From Lingula anatina (Eukaryota > Animalia > Brachiopoda), in NCBI GenBank assembly GCA_051362555.1, contig CM120640.1, positions 49,516,788 through 49,580,787 on the forward strand: a DNA stretch of 64,000 bases, in the 5' to 3' direction. The notes beneath the pieces are model-generated. The model ran no database searches. It was not told where the DNA came from and worked only from the letters and a program-made list of their open reading frames with translations. The position numbers and the translations under genes are program-made. How positions within the stretch are numbered: the first letter of the stretch is position 1; each line of letters opens with the position of its first letter. Positions 22,200-35,184 of this stretch are shown here, piece after piece.

Positions 22200-24395
22200 T
22201 TATTGTACCACCAGCGTTAGCGCTGGCGGTACACATGGTTTCGGTCCCGTCCGGATCGTTCCGCCGGCTCCGCCGGCTCCGTTGGCTCCGCCGGCTCCGC
22301 TAGACGGCTACCGTTACCGCTTCTCCTCCTAGACGGTAAGGGCCCCCGTACCCATCTCATGGATTTAGGTCACCTATAATCTCAACTCGTTCCACGTAAA
22401 ATTTGGGCTTTGTCGGTATTGGGGTCTGGGTGTGGCACTCATTGCAATGCACCCTTGTCTAAAAATGGCAAAATTAAATGCTAATTATCTACCCTACAGA
22501 AGGAGTTATGGGAAAAATTTCTATAGACGGCTTTCCAAAAGTCATATGTGTAGATTTCAAATATACCCTTGGATTTGACCTTTGACCTCTACTTCAAGGT
22601 CAAATGGGCCAAAATTTTCAAAAAAATGAAATTTTTTACAAAAAAAATTTTTTTTGCCCTGTTATTCAGACACCACACAGACTTAACCAATAATATTATT
22701 GGAAAGTGTTACCCTTCAGGTCATCTTTCATCTCCATGAATTTGGGGTCAATCGGTGCATTTTCACGGGAGTAGCGGCCATAAGATACCGAAAATGAAAA
22801 CTGTCTCTAATTCGGGAACCGTTAATGGTAGAGACCCATTCTTTTTTGCATTTTGTAGAGCATGTAAAGCCCAACACTGGAGGTGGTCTCGGTTTTTTTT
22901 TGTATTCCATACGGTTTTCGAGTTACGCTGTATCAAAAAGTACATATTGGTGGTAAAAGCAAAATGTGCAGTACGGTAATGGATAATAAATTTTGAACTC
23001 TGGAAAAATAAAACATAAGGCTTGGCAAAGCAGACAACTTGTGTTCAAAAATGACATTATTTCATCAAATTTGAACTTCTGAAACTTCAGAGCACCTCCT
23101 ATTTCAAGAATTTTGACCAAAATGACATTTTCTTTATTTTAATTAATTTTTTCTATACGAAATTTAAGGCACATTATGGTAACTCCAAAATTATAACATC
23201 TAGTCCCTTATATCTTCAAAACTGGCAGAGATAGGTCCATAGTTACTATTGAAGTTGAATAGGAAGTCATATACTGGCAATCTTACTATGACCTTGAAAT
23301 TGACCTTTGACCTACTTTTCACCATGAACTGAACTTTGCAAATTTTTCTTCCCTTTTATCTCCAAAACTGGCAGAGATAGGTCCATAGTTACTATTGAAC
23401 TTGAATAGGAAGTCATATACTGGCAATCTAAATGTGACCTTAAAATTGACCTTTGACCTACTTTACACCATGAACTGAATTTTGCAAATTTTGCTTTCCT
23501 TTTATCTCCAAAACTGGCAGAGATAGGTCCGTAGTTACTATTGAACTTGAATAGGAAGTCATATACTGGCAATCTAAATGTGACCTTAAAATTGACCTTT
23601 GACCTACTTTTCACCATAAACTGAACTTTGCAAAATTTGATTCCCTTTTATCTCCAAAACTGGCAGAGATAGGTCCATAGTTACTATTGAACTTGAATAG
23701 GAAGTCATATACTGGCAATCTAAATGTGACCTTGAAATTGACCTTTGACCTTCTTTTCACCATGAATTGAACTTTGCAAATTTTGCTTCCCTTTTATCTC
23801 CAAAACTGGCAGAGATAGGTCCATAGTTACTATTGAACTTGAATAGAAAGTCAGATACTGGCAATCTAAATGTGACCTTGAAATTGACCTTTGACCTACT
23901 TTTCACCATGAACTGAATTTTGCAAATTTTGCTTCCCTTTTATCTCCAAAACTGGCTGAGATAGGTCCATAGTTACTATTGAAGTTGAATAGGAAGTCCT
24001 ATACTGGCAATCTAAGTGTGACCTTGAAATTGACCTTTGACCTACTTTTTATCATGAACTGAACTCTGCTAATTTCTTTCTCTTTTAACTTCAAACTTGA
24101 CAGAGATAGGTCCATAGTTACTCTTGAACTTGAATAGGAAGTCATATACTGGCAATTTACTGTGACCTTGAAATTGATCCTTGACCTACCTTACGAAGAA
24201 CTTAAATTTTATTGTACCATATATATTTTTTGCAATAGTTAAAAAATTCTTGTTGATTGCATTTTTACAGCTTGTCAAGCACAATACTGGTGGCTGTGTC
24301 CCTTATTTTGTGTATGTGGGGGTCTATACGAATGCGTTTGCTCCAGCTGGTGGTACAATATTTGGAGGCGGTATCGCCTCTCTGATCCTCTAGTT
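22200..24395 (+). mobile_element. Helentron-associated non-autonomous element (HINE/DINE-1-like), copy 1, in hAT intron 5
   Basis: 5' subTIR TATTGTACCACCAGC, 3' subTIR GCTGGTGGTACAATA, 3' hairpin GAGGCG-GTAT-CGCCTC, CTAG end, T-rich target, GGCTCCGCC microsatellite, central tandem array. Confidence 0.85.
23211..24190 (+). repeat. 146-bp tandem array, ~7 units
   Basis: ACTGGC[A/T]GAGATAGG-type motif at 23221, 23367, 23513, 23659, 23805, 23951, 24097. Confidence 0.9.
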
Positions 24396-26033
24396 TTAGT
24401 TAAATCCATGATTTCACTTTTCAGTCACAAGGTGCATGTCATGTCGTGGGCCAAAATCAATGAGCTGTATGGAGAGCGGTGCTCAAATGTATTAGGTTTA
24501 GTTGATTTAGTTCTTTTACTGCCTGCTGGTACAGCAGAGTGTGAACGTGGGTTTTCCCAGATGAAGATGATCAAGAATCAATGGAGAAACAAGTTGAAAG
24601 CATCATCTATGACTCTGCTAATGTCAATCCAGCTACATTCAAGCACAATTCCAGAATTTGACCCCAAACCAGCAATAACTCAGTGGTGCACTGGGGCAAG
24701 AAGAAGGCCAACTTTCATGGAAAGAAGCAAGCCCAAATCTGCTGTTGACCAATTTGAGGAGATAATTGTTGATGTGGAACAGGGTGAAATGGAGGGCACC
24801 AGTGTTCAGGTGCCAAGTGAGCAACCATCAAAATCTGTTGACTCGGACTACGGGTCAGATTTTTCAGACATGGAAGAGAGGGATGATAATGAATACAGTG
24901 AATCTGGTGGAGATGATTAAAGGAAATTATTTAGCAAAAATCTCATGAGCAAATGCAGTTTTTTTCAATTAACATTTTGAAGAGTTAATTGACATTCATC
25001 AATTTTATTCACCAAACTGATATTGTTTTACTTGCAAGCAGCTACTGCTTACCATGCCAATGATTTGATAGTTCAGTTTTGAATTTTAATGCTCCTTTCA
25101 TAAAAATTTGCAGTGATGTAGATACCTCAGTTAAATTAAAACACTTGTTCTTCAGTACTGACTGTATTGACTATTGTGCATTTTGTTTCTGTCAAATGGT
25201 TTGCTATAATTTTAATTAATAGATGTTTGGTAAGGTGCATCATATTTATTTATTTATTTTTTATATTTTATTTATTTATTTATTTATTTTTGCAATCCAT
25301 GATGTATGGGTGGGGGAACAACCATAACTGAATATAAAAATAAAATTGATTTTTGGTATCAAGACAGCACTAGTATTATGACTTTTATTTATGAATTTTG
25401 AAAGAAAACAACTTTCAAAAATGTCTTGAATTATTAAATATAGTCATACATGCACTGTATTATCATAGGTCTGTCGATTTAATGAGGACAGGCTGGTTTA
25501 TGGTAGGACAGGTAACTTTCAAGTGCAACCTGTCCTGCTGTCTGGTTGAATCCTAGGAGGAGTTTCCAACCCTGGTATATACCACTTCATTCTCAGTCAC
25601 TGAGACATCTACAGAGCCATCACACAAGACTAAAATAAATTTAGCATTTTTAGTTCATCTTCTATCTTTTGCCTTTCTACTTCAGCAATTGCTTTGATGA
25701 ATATCTTGCACTGCTTGTGGTTTCTGTACATTTTCCCCACTGTCAACCCTTTCCCCTAATCAAGGTCTGCGAGCCACACAAATTGTTTAAAGGAGCAGGA
25801 GTGCATGGCTATAGCATGAGCATTACAAAACAGAATGGACAGCCTGTCAAATGCAGCTTGGTTCAAATTCTGTAGGCACTTTTCAGTGGAAGATTCTCCT
25901 GGCTTTGCTTTTCTTATTTTCCACGTAAGTTTGTGCATCTTTGTAGTCTTGTGATGTGTTGCTATCAGATAAACAACCTCTCTTGAAATTTGAGGACCCA
26001 GTTACAAAGGTTCCACCAACATATTTACTAAAT

Positions 26034-28874
26034 TTATTGTACCACCAGCGTTAGCGCTGGCGGTACACATGGTTTCGGTCCCGTCCGGATCGTTCCGCCG
26101 GCTCCGTTGGCTCCGCCGGCTCCGCCGGACGGCTACCGTTACCGCTTCTCCTCCTAGCCGGTAAGGGCCCCCGTACCCATCTCATGGATTTAGGTCACCT
26201 ATAATCTCAACTCGTTCCACGTAAAATTTGGGCTTTGTCGGTATTGGGGTCTGGGTGTGGCACTCATTGCAATACACCCTTGTCTAAAAATGGCAAAATT
26301 AAATGCTAATTATCTACCCTACGGAAGGAGTTATGGGAAAAATTTCTATAGACGGCTTTCCAAAAGTCATATGTGTAGATTTCAAATATACCCTTGGATT
26401 TGACCTTTGACCTCTACTTCAAGGTCAAATGGGCCAAAATTTTCAAAAAAATGAAATTTTTTACGAAAAAAATTTTTTTTGCCCTGTTATTCAGACACCA
26501 CACAGACTTAACCAATAATATTATTGGAAAGTGTTACCCTTCAGGTCATCTTTCATCTCCATGAATTTGGGTCGGGAACCGTTAATGCTAGAGACCCATT
26601 CTTTTTTGCATTTTGTAGAGCATCTAAAGCCCAACACTGGAGGTGGTCTCCGTTTTTTTGTATTCCATACGGTTTTCGAGTTACGCTGTATCAAAAAGTA
26701 CATATTGGTGGTAAAAGCAAAATGTGCAGTACGGTAATGGATAATAAATTTTGAACTCTGGAAAAATAAAACATAAGGCTTGGCAAAGCAGACAACTTGT
26801 GTTCAAAAATGACATTATTTCATCAAATTTGAACTTCTGAAACTTCAGAGCACCTCCTATTTCAAGAATTTTGACCAAAATGACATTTTCTTTATTTTTA
26901 TTAATTTTTTCTGTACGAAATTTAAGGCACATTATGGTAACTCCAAAATTATAACATCTAGTCCCTTATATCTCCAAAACTGGCAGAGATAGGTCCATAG
27001 TTACTATTGAACTTGAATAGGAAGTCATTTACTGGCAATCTAAATGTGACCTTAAAATTGACCTTTGACCTACTTTACACCATGAACTGAACTTTGCAAA
27101 TTTTGCTTTCCTTTTATCTCCAAAACTGGCAGAGATAGGTCCGTAGTTACTATTGAACTTGAATAGGAAGTCATATACTGGCAATCTAAATGTGACCTTA
27201 AAATTGACCTTTGACCTACTTTACACCATGAACTGAATTTTGCTTTCCTTTTATCTCCAAAACTGGCAGAGATAGGTCCATAGTTACTATTGAACTTGAA
27301 TAGGAAGTCATATACTGGCAATCTAAATGTGACCTTGAAATTGACCTTTTACCTACTTTTCACCATGAACTGAACTTTGCAAATTTTGCTGCCCTTTTAT
27401 CTCCAAAACTGGCAGAGTTAGGTCCATAGTTACTATTGAACTTGAAAAGGAAGTCATATACTGGCAATCTAAATGTGACCTTGAAATTGACCTTTGACCT
27501 ACTTTTCACCATGAACTGAACTTTGCAAATTTTTCTTCCCTTTTATCTCCAAAACTGGCTGAGATAGGTCCGTAGTTACTATTGAACTTGAATAGGAAGT
27601 CATATACTGGCAATCTAAATGTGACCTTAAAATTGACCTTTGACCTACTTTTCACCATAAACTGAACTTTGCAAAATTTGCTTCCCTTTTATCTCCAAAA
27701 CTGGCAGAGATAGGTCCATAGTTACTATTGAACTTGAATAGGAAGTCATATACTGGCAATCTAAATGTGACCTTGAAATTGACCTTTGACCTACTTTTCA
27801 CCATGAACTGAACTTTGCAAATTTTGCTGCCCTTTTATCTCCAAAACTGGCAGAGATAGGTCCATAGTTACTATTGAACTTGAAAAGGAAGTCATATACT
27901 GGCAATCTAAATGTGACCTTAAAATTGACCTTTGACCTACTTTACACCATGAACTGAATTTTGCAAATTTTGCTTCCCTTTTATCTTCAAAACTGGCTGA
28001 GATAGGTCCATAGTTACTATTGAACTTGAATAGGAAGTCATATACTGGCAATCAAAATGTGACCTTAAAATTGACCTTTGACCTACTTTACACCATGAAC
28101 TGAATTTTGCAAATTTTGCTTTCCTTTTATCTCCAAAACTGGCAGAGATAGGTCCATAGTTACTATTGAACTTGAGTAGGAAGTCATATACTGGCATTAT
28201 AAATGTGACATTAAAATTGACCTTTGTCCTACTTTTCACCATAAACTGAACTTTGCAAATTTTGCTTCCCTTTTATCTCCAAAACTGGCAGAGATAGGTC
28301 CATAGTTACTATTGAACTTGAATAGAAAGTCATATACTGGCAATCTAAATGTGACCTTGAGATTGACCTTTGACCTACTTTTCACCATGAACTGAATTTT
28401 GCAAATTTTGCTTCCCTTCTATCTCCAAAACTGGCTGAGATAGGTCCATAGTTACTATTGAAGTTGAATAGGAAGTCCTATACTGGCAATCTAAGTGTGA
28501 CCTTGAAATTGACCTTTGACCTACTTTTTATCATGAACTGAACTCTGCTAATTTCTTTCTCTTTTAACTTCAAACTTGACAGAGATAGGTCCATAGTTAC
28601 TCTTGAACTTGAATAGGAAGTCATATACTGGCAATTTACTGTGACCTTGAAATTGACCCTTGACCTACCTTACGAAGAACTTAAATTTGATTGTACCATA
28701 TATATTTTTTGCAATAGTTAAAAAATTCTTGTTGATTGCATTTTTACAGCTTGTCAAGCACAAAACTGGTGGCTGTGTCCCTTATTTTGTGTATGTGGGG
28801 GTCTATACGAATGCGTTTGCTCCAGCTGGTGGTACAATATTTGGAGGCGGTATCGCCTCTCTGATCCTCTAGTT
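26034..28874 (+). mobile_element. HINE copy 2 (same family as copy 1)
   Basis: Near-identical ends and body to 22200-24395, with a longer central array. Confidence 0.85.
26970..28670 (+). repeat. 146-bp tandem array, ~12 units (one unit 137 bp)
   Basis: Unit starts 26979, 27125, 27262, 27408 ... 28576. Confidence 0.9.
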
Positions 28875-29229
28875 ACATACTGTCTTCTTGCCAATTAACA
28901 GACAAAGGTCCATACACACTTCTGCACACTTTACAATATAACTTATTGTTGTATTGTTCATGAATGAGCCAAGGAAATGCATTTTTCTTTATCATAAAGT
29001 TTGTTACTTTCTCTTTTTTCTCCTGGAGTTTTCAGTTTTTTCTGTGGTGGAGGCTCAATTCTGAGAAATCTGTGCATTCTTTTTAAAAATCCTTTTTATC
29101 AAAAAGGGTTAGTATAAAGATAAGTTACAAAATTACATACAAAACAATATTTATAATTCATTGGAATGTCTGGAGAAGAAAAAAGAAAAATGGCAGAAAA
29201 AAAAAACATATCCACATGTCACACAAATG

Positions 29230-29900
29230 TAATAACTTCTGGCTCCCATTATTCTGACTGCTCAGACTGCTGGATAGGTGGGGGAGAATGCACAACTGGA
29301 CAAGGGGTGTTGAGTTCTGGTTTGTCATCATCCTGGCCTGTGTTGAGTAACTGGATGAAGTTGCTGTACGAACCACTGCTGAAGCCTTAGGCCAGTGAAG
29401 TTTCCCATGCCCTTGCTCTGGACGGATGATGGTGAAGGCTATGTCAGTGGGGTGCTGGCAGAGTAGGTGGGGGGAGCAGACTGTGGTCTGACTGGAGGCA
29501 GCTGCTGGAACTGTTGCTGCACCCAGCTGGCTTCCTGGGAGCCCCAGACAGAAGTCAGTTGATGGACCTGTGCTGTCCACTGTGATGGATGAGCCTGCCA
29601 TCCCATTGAAGTACACTGCTGGCTTCTGGGCCCCAAGATAGGTGCAGGAGGGTTTGGTCTATAAAACTTGTCTTGCTGCTGAGTCTGCATGGGAGGCTGC
29701 TGGTAAAGCTCAAACTGGTACTTCTGTAGTAGGCTATTGACTTCATTTTGGAACTTCAGCCACATGGGGGAGGGATGTGTACGTGACCTCCTACATGAAT
29801 TCATCAGCAGTGTCCTTCTGACTTTGCATGGTGACTTCTCTGGATTGTAATAACTTGTCTGACTCTCCAGTTCTAGCACAATAAATTGTGAATGCAATTG
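29230..29900 (-). pseudogene. Possible relic of a Harbinger accessory (Myb/SANT/MADF-type) gene C-terminus
   Basis: Q/P/S-rich degenerate ORF with WLKFQNEVNSLLQKYQ. Recognition is weak. Confidence 0.3.
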
Positions 29901-30220
29901 ATTTCTCCACGTGAAATTACTTTCTGATCAAATTTTCACTATGTGCATGAATTTTAATCATTATCAACTTTAATAACAATTTTGTTTAGAACAGAAGTAT
30001 TTTAAAACAGAAAAGAAAAGTTGTTGGATCATTATTTAATTGAAGAAGGCTTAGTAAAAGCAAAAGCTTGATAACACACTTTGAATTTATATTGTGTCTG
30101 TATATATTCTGATTGGTCTGTCTGTCCGTGCCATCGCTGTCGCTGTCTGATACATGATGTTTGCCACAGCATCGGTGTAATGTCCCAATAAGTCGAGACT
30201 GGTATGGCCGAAGTGACACT

Positions 30221-30460
30221 TAGACCGCATTCACAACGAGTTGAGCCATGGCTCTACAAATCCACGATCTAAATATGGTGGACGTACATGAAAGAAAAAC
30301 CGCCTAATCTTTTAATAGTCTCTCCACCTCTCACACGTCTCCCCACGCATCGTCCCTGCGGGGGTACAGTCATTAAATCTCAGCTCCATTGGGACGACAC
30401 ATGGGGAGGCGTGTGAGAGGCGGAGAGACTATTAAAAGATTAGGCGGTTTTTCTTTCATG
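30221..30460. mobile_element. Truncated foldback MITE
   Basis: CATGAAAGAAAAACCGCCTAATCTTTTAATAGTCTCTCC is inverted at 30422-30460. Same family as 47728-48273. Confidence 0.75.
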
Positions 30461-31179
30461 AAAATCTACAAGTCTTGGCGGTATCTAGTGATCACGGTCT
30501 GTGCCCTGAATACCCCGGGGCGTAATTAACTAGCAGTGCAAGCAAGTCTTTTCCAAAGCTGTAATTAATTCTCGGCTCGAGGAGATTCTGACGCCTGGAC
30601 GCATGTGCAGTTGTATCTCTAAACTGTGGATTTCATCAGTTTGCACTCATATCTGTCATGTATATATGGACCTCATCTTTGTCAAATAAAGATGAACACG
30701 CTAATTCACACGTGTCTTTCTATTCTCATTCTTCTGTAACTACTCACAGGTGGCGCTTTAGGCCAAGATGTATATGACATCTTCCCCCCAAAGATAACAA
30801 CTAATAAAGTGTGGAATTAAATGTCTCTAAACCTTTAAACATCAAACTATTACATTTAACATACATTTTTTTTTCAATAAAGTTCATAAAGTTCACTTGC
30901 ATTAAGCATGCTTATATGTAACAAACAGTATACAGAAAATCTACAAGTCTAAACGTTCAACAGGTTTTACAGTTCTACCCGATCTTGTTTGCAATACATT
31001 ACTTGCACTTTCAGTTGTGTGAATGTTGTTGCTAACACCCTGCATACCACTTTCATTGCTTGTACTGCCACTACATTCAACAGACTTACTAGCATGTACA
31101 GGAGTGGTAACATGCTTTTCAGCTAGTTCTGGCATAACACTTTTAAGTGTTATGCCAGAACTAGCTGAAATCTCAGCTA

Positions 31180-34100
31180 CTCCCCCCTATTATTACAATA
31201 TAAAATCAAGACTCCCCCCTATTATTACAATATAAACCATTACTTTAAATTGTTAAACTAACAATTACTAAAATTCAACAACTGAAATCGTACTTTACTT
31301 TTAAAATAAGCAAGTAAAGCAAATAAGTCATTATTGTTATGCCAAGATTCAACATTTAACTTTAACATAAGCAAGTCAATCAAGTCCATCTCTCAGCATA
31401 AATGTTTTGCTTTCCTATAGATGAACAAAGTTTTTAAATCCATTATCACTTTAAATCAACTTTGAAAGCAAACAAAGTGATTTTAACTCAAAGTTGCTCA
31501 AAACAACATTATTAATGATAACAATGTCAATGTGAAATGTCAAATCATATTATATAGTTCATTTTTCAGCCATATAGCAAAGTAAATTCCATCCGCCGAT
31601 ACCAATGACTACTGAGTTCTGATGAAAGTTTTTGTAACAGATGATACAAAGTTCTCCAGTGAAACAAAGTCAGCAAAGAATTCAGAATATCAGTCTTATA
31701 ATTAGGCTCCATACCATTTCCATGAATGTATATTTTCACAAAGTTTATGTCCTCCTTGGAACAGTTATCTGGCAACATCACTAGTCCTTCACTTTGCACA
31801 TATTCCATCAGTTCCCATATATTTCTCATATTTAATGTCAATATCAGGAAATATATAAATCCATTCACCAACTGGATCCACAGTTTTTCCTCGAATTCAC
31901 CAGTTCCACATGAATGAACATCACCATGATGTTTACGCAAAAGCGAATTGTCCTTCTCCATCGATCTGCAATACCAGCACACCAATCCTGGAGTCATATA
32001 CCATGGCAAATGAACAGATTTCACATGACGTCCAAGATGTCTACTTAGGTCAACACTGGACACCAGACACAAACCACACTGGACTTCTTTCCTCTGTTTC
32101 TTTCTTCTGCACTTTGAGTGGCTAACTTCCTCCCCCTCTTCACCAATTAGGACAGTAGGATCTTCCACCAAATCAGTGTCATCATAATCAGGAACAAAAC
32201 AGGCTTCATCTAACATGTCTAGATCATCCATATCTGAAATAAACTTATACAATGGTTTATTTTCTTGAATGAACATACATGATAATGATCTTTTCTTTCA
32301 AATGAATATTAACATATTACATTATAAACATAATTTTACATTATTAACATAGTATTACAGCATAAACATAGTATTTCATTAATTACTAACATAGTATTAC
32401 AGCATCGCCACATTTACTATGTACAAATATTACTTTTATACCAAATCCCCAAGTAAAATACCATCATTAAAATGTGTAATAAGAAAAGAATTATTACCTT
32501 GACAACCTCTAATCCGATTACATGCAAAACACATGCTAAACTGCAACATATTAGTTTGAACAGTGTAACCGTGTTAGGTAATATTTAACTTTTTTTTTTT
32601 TTACCCTAAATCCAAAAAAAAAAAAAAAAAACACAAAAGTAGCTATCAACCTATTCATGCAGTGCTCAACAACAAAATTCAAACAGCAGTATGTATCATG
32701 CTTAACAAAAAAATTCAAACAAATATTTAGAAAACCTATACCAACTTGGACTGTTGTTTTGATCAAATTACCTGAAATATAATAGGAAGTACAAACTATA
32801 ATATACTTTATCTACTATATATCTTTATTATATATTTTTTTTCAATATTCATATAATTTGTCTCTCAGAAAAAAATTATTTGTATCATTTCTTCTTTGGA
32901 AATCTCATTATTATAAATATGCATATTATCAATAAGAAAATCCATTCCCTTCTCTTTTAGAAGGTTTTCATTCAATATCTTTCCTAGATAGATTATAGTT
33001 CTGGCTTCATACAGAGAGTTTGGTTTTAAGTTTTGTAATGAAATTTGAAACAGAGATGAAGGATTCTCTATCCATTGTTTGGTCCACGTGATATCTATGT
33101 CTAGCAAAATGCTGTTTATGTTGGTATCATCCATCACCTAGACAAAAAAATACTAATAATTAAATTCCTTTTATTTCAGCACTGCCGAAAATTAAGGAAG
33201 TATTTATATACAACTATACCTTAACTAATAAACTAAATATACATCAATATGATCATTCTAAGGCGAAATCTCTTAAATGAGATGGCATCTTAATTTGTCT
33301 ACCAAATCTTGATCTTTTTACAATTGGTTCCACCAATTGTGGCTCATTCAACTGAAAATCACTCTCTCTTTCAACAAATTTTCTCAATCTATCATGATGT
33401 ACCACTTGGATTTTTCCTTTTTTTATCTTTAATTGTATAGAGAGGTGGGGATGCTTTGATAACCTCATATGGTCCTCTATATAAGGGTCTAAGTTTCTTA
33501 CTTTCTCCCTTTTTATGACTTTCATCCCTCAAATATACCTTCTGACCACAAGTATATTTACTCTCTCTCAACTTTGCATCGTACAATTGTTTTTGACGTT
33601 TCTGCACACATTTCAATTTTTCTCTAGCCATTTCATGAAGTTTCTCAACCATTCATGAGTATCATATGGTATCAAATTTTCATTCACACAACCTGTTAGT
33701 AAGTGTAATGGCATAAAAACTTCTCTCCCTAACATCATCATGTTAGGAGTAAATCTCTCCCTAACATCATCATCATGTTAGGAGTAAATCTTTTGGTACA
33801 ATTAAACACAAATTTCTATCCTCTCTCTTTTCCCATTTGTAATATAACACATCATTCAAAAGAATCAATTGCTCTTTGCAATTCCACAATTCTTTTACTG
33901 CCATACTACACAAATACAACTCTGATTCTTTAGGTTCACCATTCTCTAACCAACCTATGATTATTTTCAAATCTGCATCTTTTCTCTGCAATTTTTTCAA
34001 ATCATATCCTTTCAACCAATTGCATAATTCATCTCTTTCATTCTTGTCAGTTTTATCATTTGTATCAGCCCTCTGACAAATCAAAACTGAACTCAATTTC

Positions 34101-35003
34101 TCACAATTTGTTTCATTCTTCATATCACCAACTGCATTCGATTCAACTACATTGTCATCTGATTTCTTATTTCCCAGAGGAATTACATCATTCACATCAG
34201 TCTCAAACCTTGACCAATTTTTATGTACTCTCTGACAATAATGACATCCTCCACAGGGTAAGTCACTCAAGTTCACTCCCACCTTATAGCAATCACACTC
34301 TTTCATAGCTAAAGGTATTCTTGATAATGCATCTGCATTTCCATGCTTCTTTCCTGGTCTATGTTCAATGGTAAAATTATACTGAGATAATTCTTCTAAC
34401 CATCTTGCTAACTGACCATCTGGGTTTTTAAATCCCAACAACCACACTAAACTATGATGATCTGTTCGGATTCTGAACTTTCTTCCCAACAAATAATGTT
34501 TATATTGTCTACAGAAGTTTACAACAGCCAAGAGCTCTTTTCTAGTTGTACAATAACGCCGCTGTATAGGTGACATAATTTTACTTCCATAAGCAATAAC
34601 CTTCTCTTCACTATGTTGTATCTGTGAAAGTTCTGCTCCTATACATGAATATGATGCATCTGTATCAAGTATAAATTCACCTTCAGACAAAGGAAAGGCT
34701 AAACAAGGGGCAGTTGTTAACTCTTGTTTTAAACTTTCAAATGCTATTTGATGTTCATCTGACCAATTGAAAACAATTTATTCCCTGTCAACTCATACAA
34801 ACAAGCAGTTTTATCAGCAAATTGAGGAATATGATCTCTATGATAATTGATGAAACCAAGGAATGCTTCAACTTCCTTTTTGCTTATAGGTACTGGCCAC
34901 TTTCTAACACACTCAATCTTACTCTCAGTTATACCAACACCTTCTCTGCTGATAGACTTTCCTAAGAATTCACACTTTGTTTGGAAAAGAAAACATTTCT
35001 TAA
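31180..35003 (-). mobile_element. LTR-less fragment of a second Gypsy family (RT end, RNase H, partial integrase, 3' extra ORFs, PPT)
   Basis: ILDTDAS..VIAYGS..TTRKELLAVV..RTDH..HRPGKKHGNADALSR (33773-34690), YRGPY, HHDRL, RSRFGR. AGGGGGGAG PPT-like run at 31180-31220. Confidence 0.85.
31566..32276 (-). CDS. Extra ORF downstream of Gypsy pol; Cys/His Zn-binding motifs, unknown function
   Basis: 236-aa ATG ORF with an acidic N-terminus, basic NLS-like RRKKQRK, and CGLC..HLGRHVKSVHLPWY..CWYC..HH..C. Confidence 0.5.
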   Translation of the reverse strand: MFIQENKPLYKFISDMDDLDMLDEACFVPDYDDTDLVEDPTVLIGEEGEEVSHSKCRRKKQRKEVQCGLCLVSSVDLSRHLGRHVKSVHLPWYMTPGLVCWYCRSMEKDNSLLRKHHGDVHSCGTGEFEEKLWIQLVNGFIYFLILTLNMRNIWELMEYVQSEGLVMLPDNCSKEDINFVKIYIHGNGMEPNYKTDILNSLLTLFHWRTLYHLLQKLSSELSSHWYRRMEFTLLYG

Positions 35004-35184
35004 AAATATACTAGCTGTCATCAGACATTTAAAAATGTCTCCGATTTCTACGGAGTTCTACACCCTCACTCGTTTTCACCACATGTGACCTTGGAGTATC
35101 TGCTTTTCCCACAACCTGAGCAGGAACCTCACTCCACAGCTTTTCTTTGTCAGTTTTAATTCTAACAAAATCTCCTGACTTTAA

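Larger units (their letters stand above)
19396..24920 (+). pseudogene. ZNF862-like hAT transposase, six exons (19396-20352, 20615-20839, 21007-21230, 21442-21659, 21923-22046, 24425-24920), one nonsense codon at 19441
   Basis: TTF-type Zn finger (CNTC..H..H), TDGSTD, AGDGAAVN, CFSHRVEL, GTRWL, AECERGFS (hATC). All introns are GT-AG and phase-compatible. Confidence 0.85.
18942..25574 (+). mobile_element. hAT DNA transposon with intron-containing ZNF862-like transposase
   Basis: TIR CAGAGTTGGAAA / TTTCCAACCCTG. GTATATA(C) is duplicated at both flanks. Confidence 0.9.
18830..29080 (-). pseudogene. Older ZNF862-like hAT transposase relic in three pieces (28875-29080, 25575-26033, 18830-18941)
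   Basis: MHRFLRIEPP.., GESSTEKCLQNLN..LFCNAHAIA..FVWLADLD, DGSVDVSVTENEVVYTRFCIK. The last motif is restored across the younger hAT insertion. Confidence 0.7.

Noticed and set aside
23312-28242. Repeated ORFs such as MPVYDFLFKFNSNYGPISASFGDK
   Set aside because: Chance translations of the 146-bp satellite, whose unit length is not a multiple of 3.
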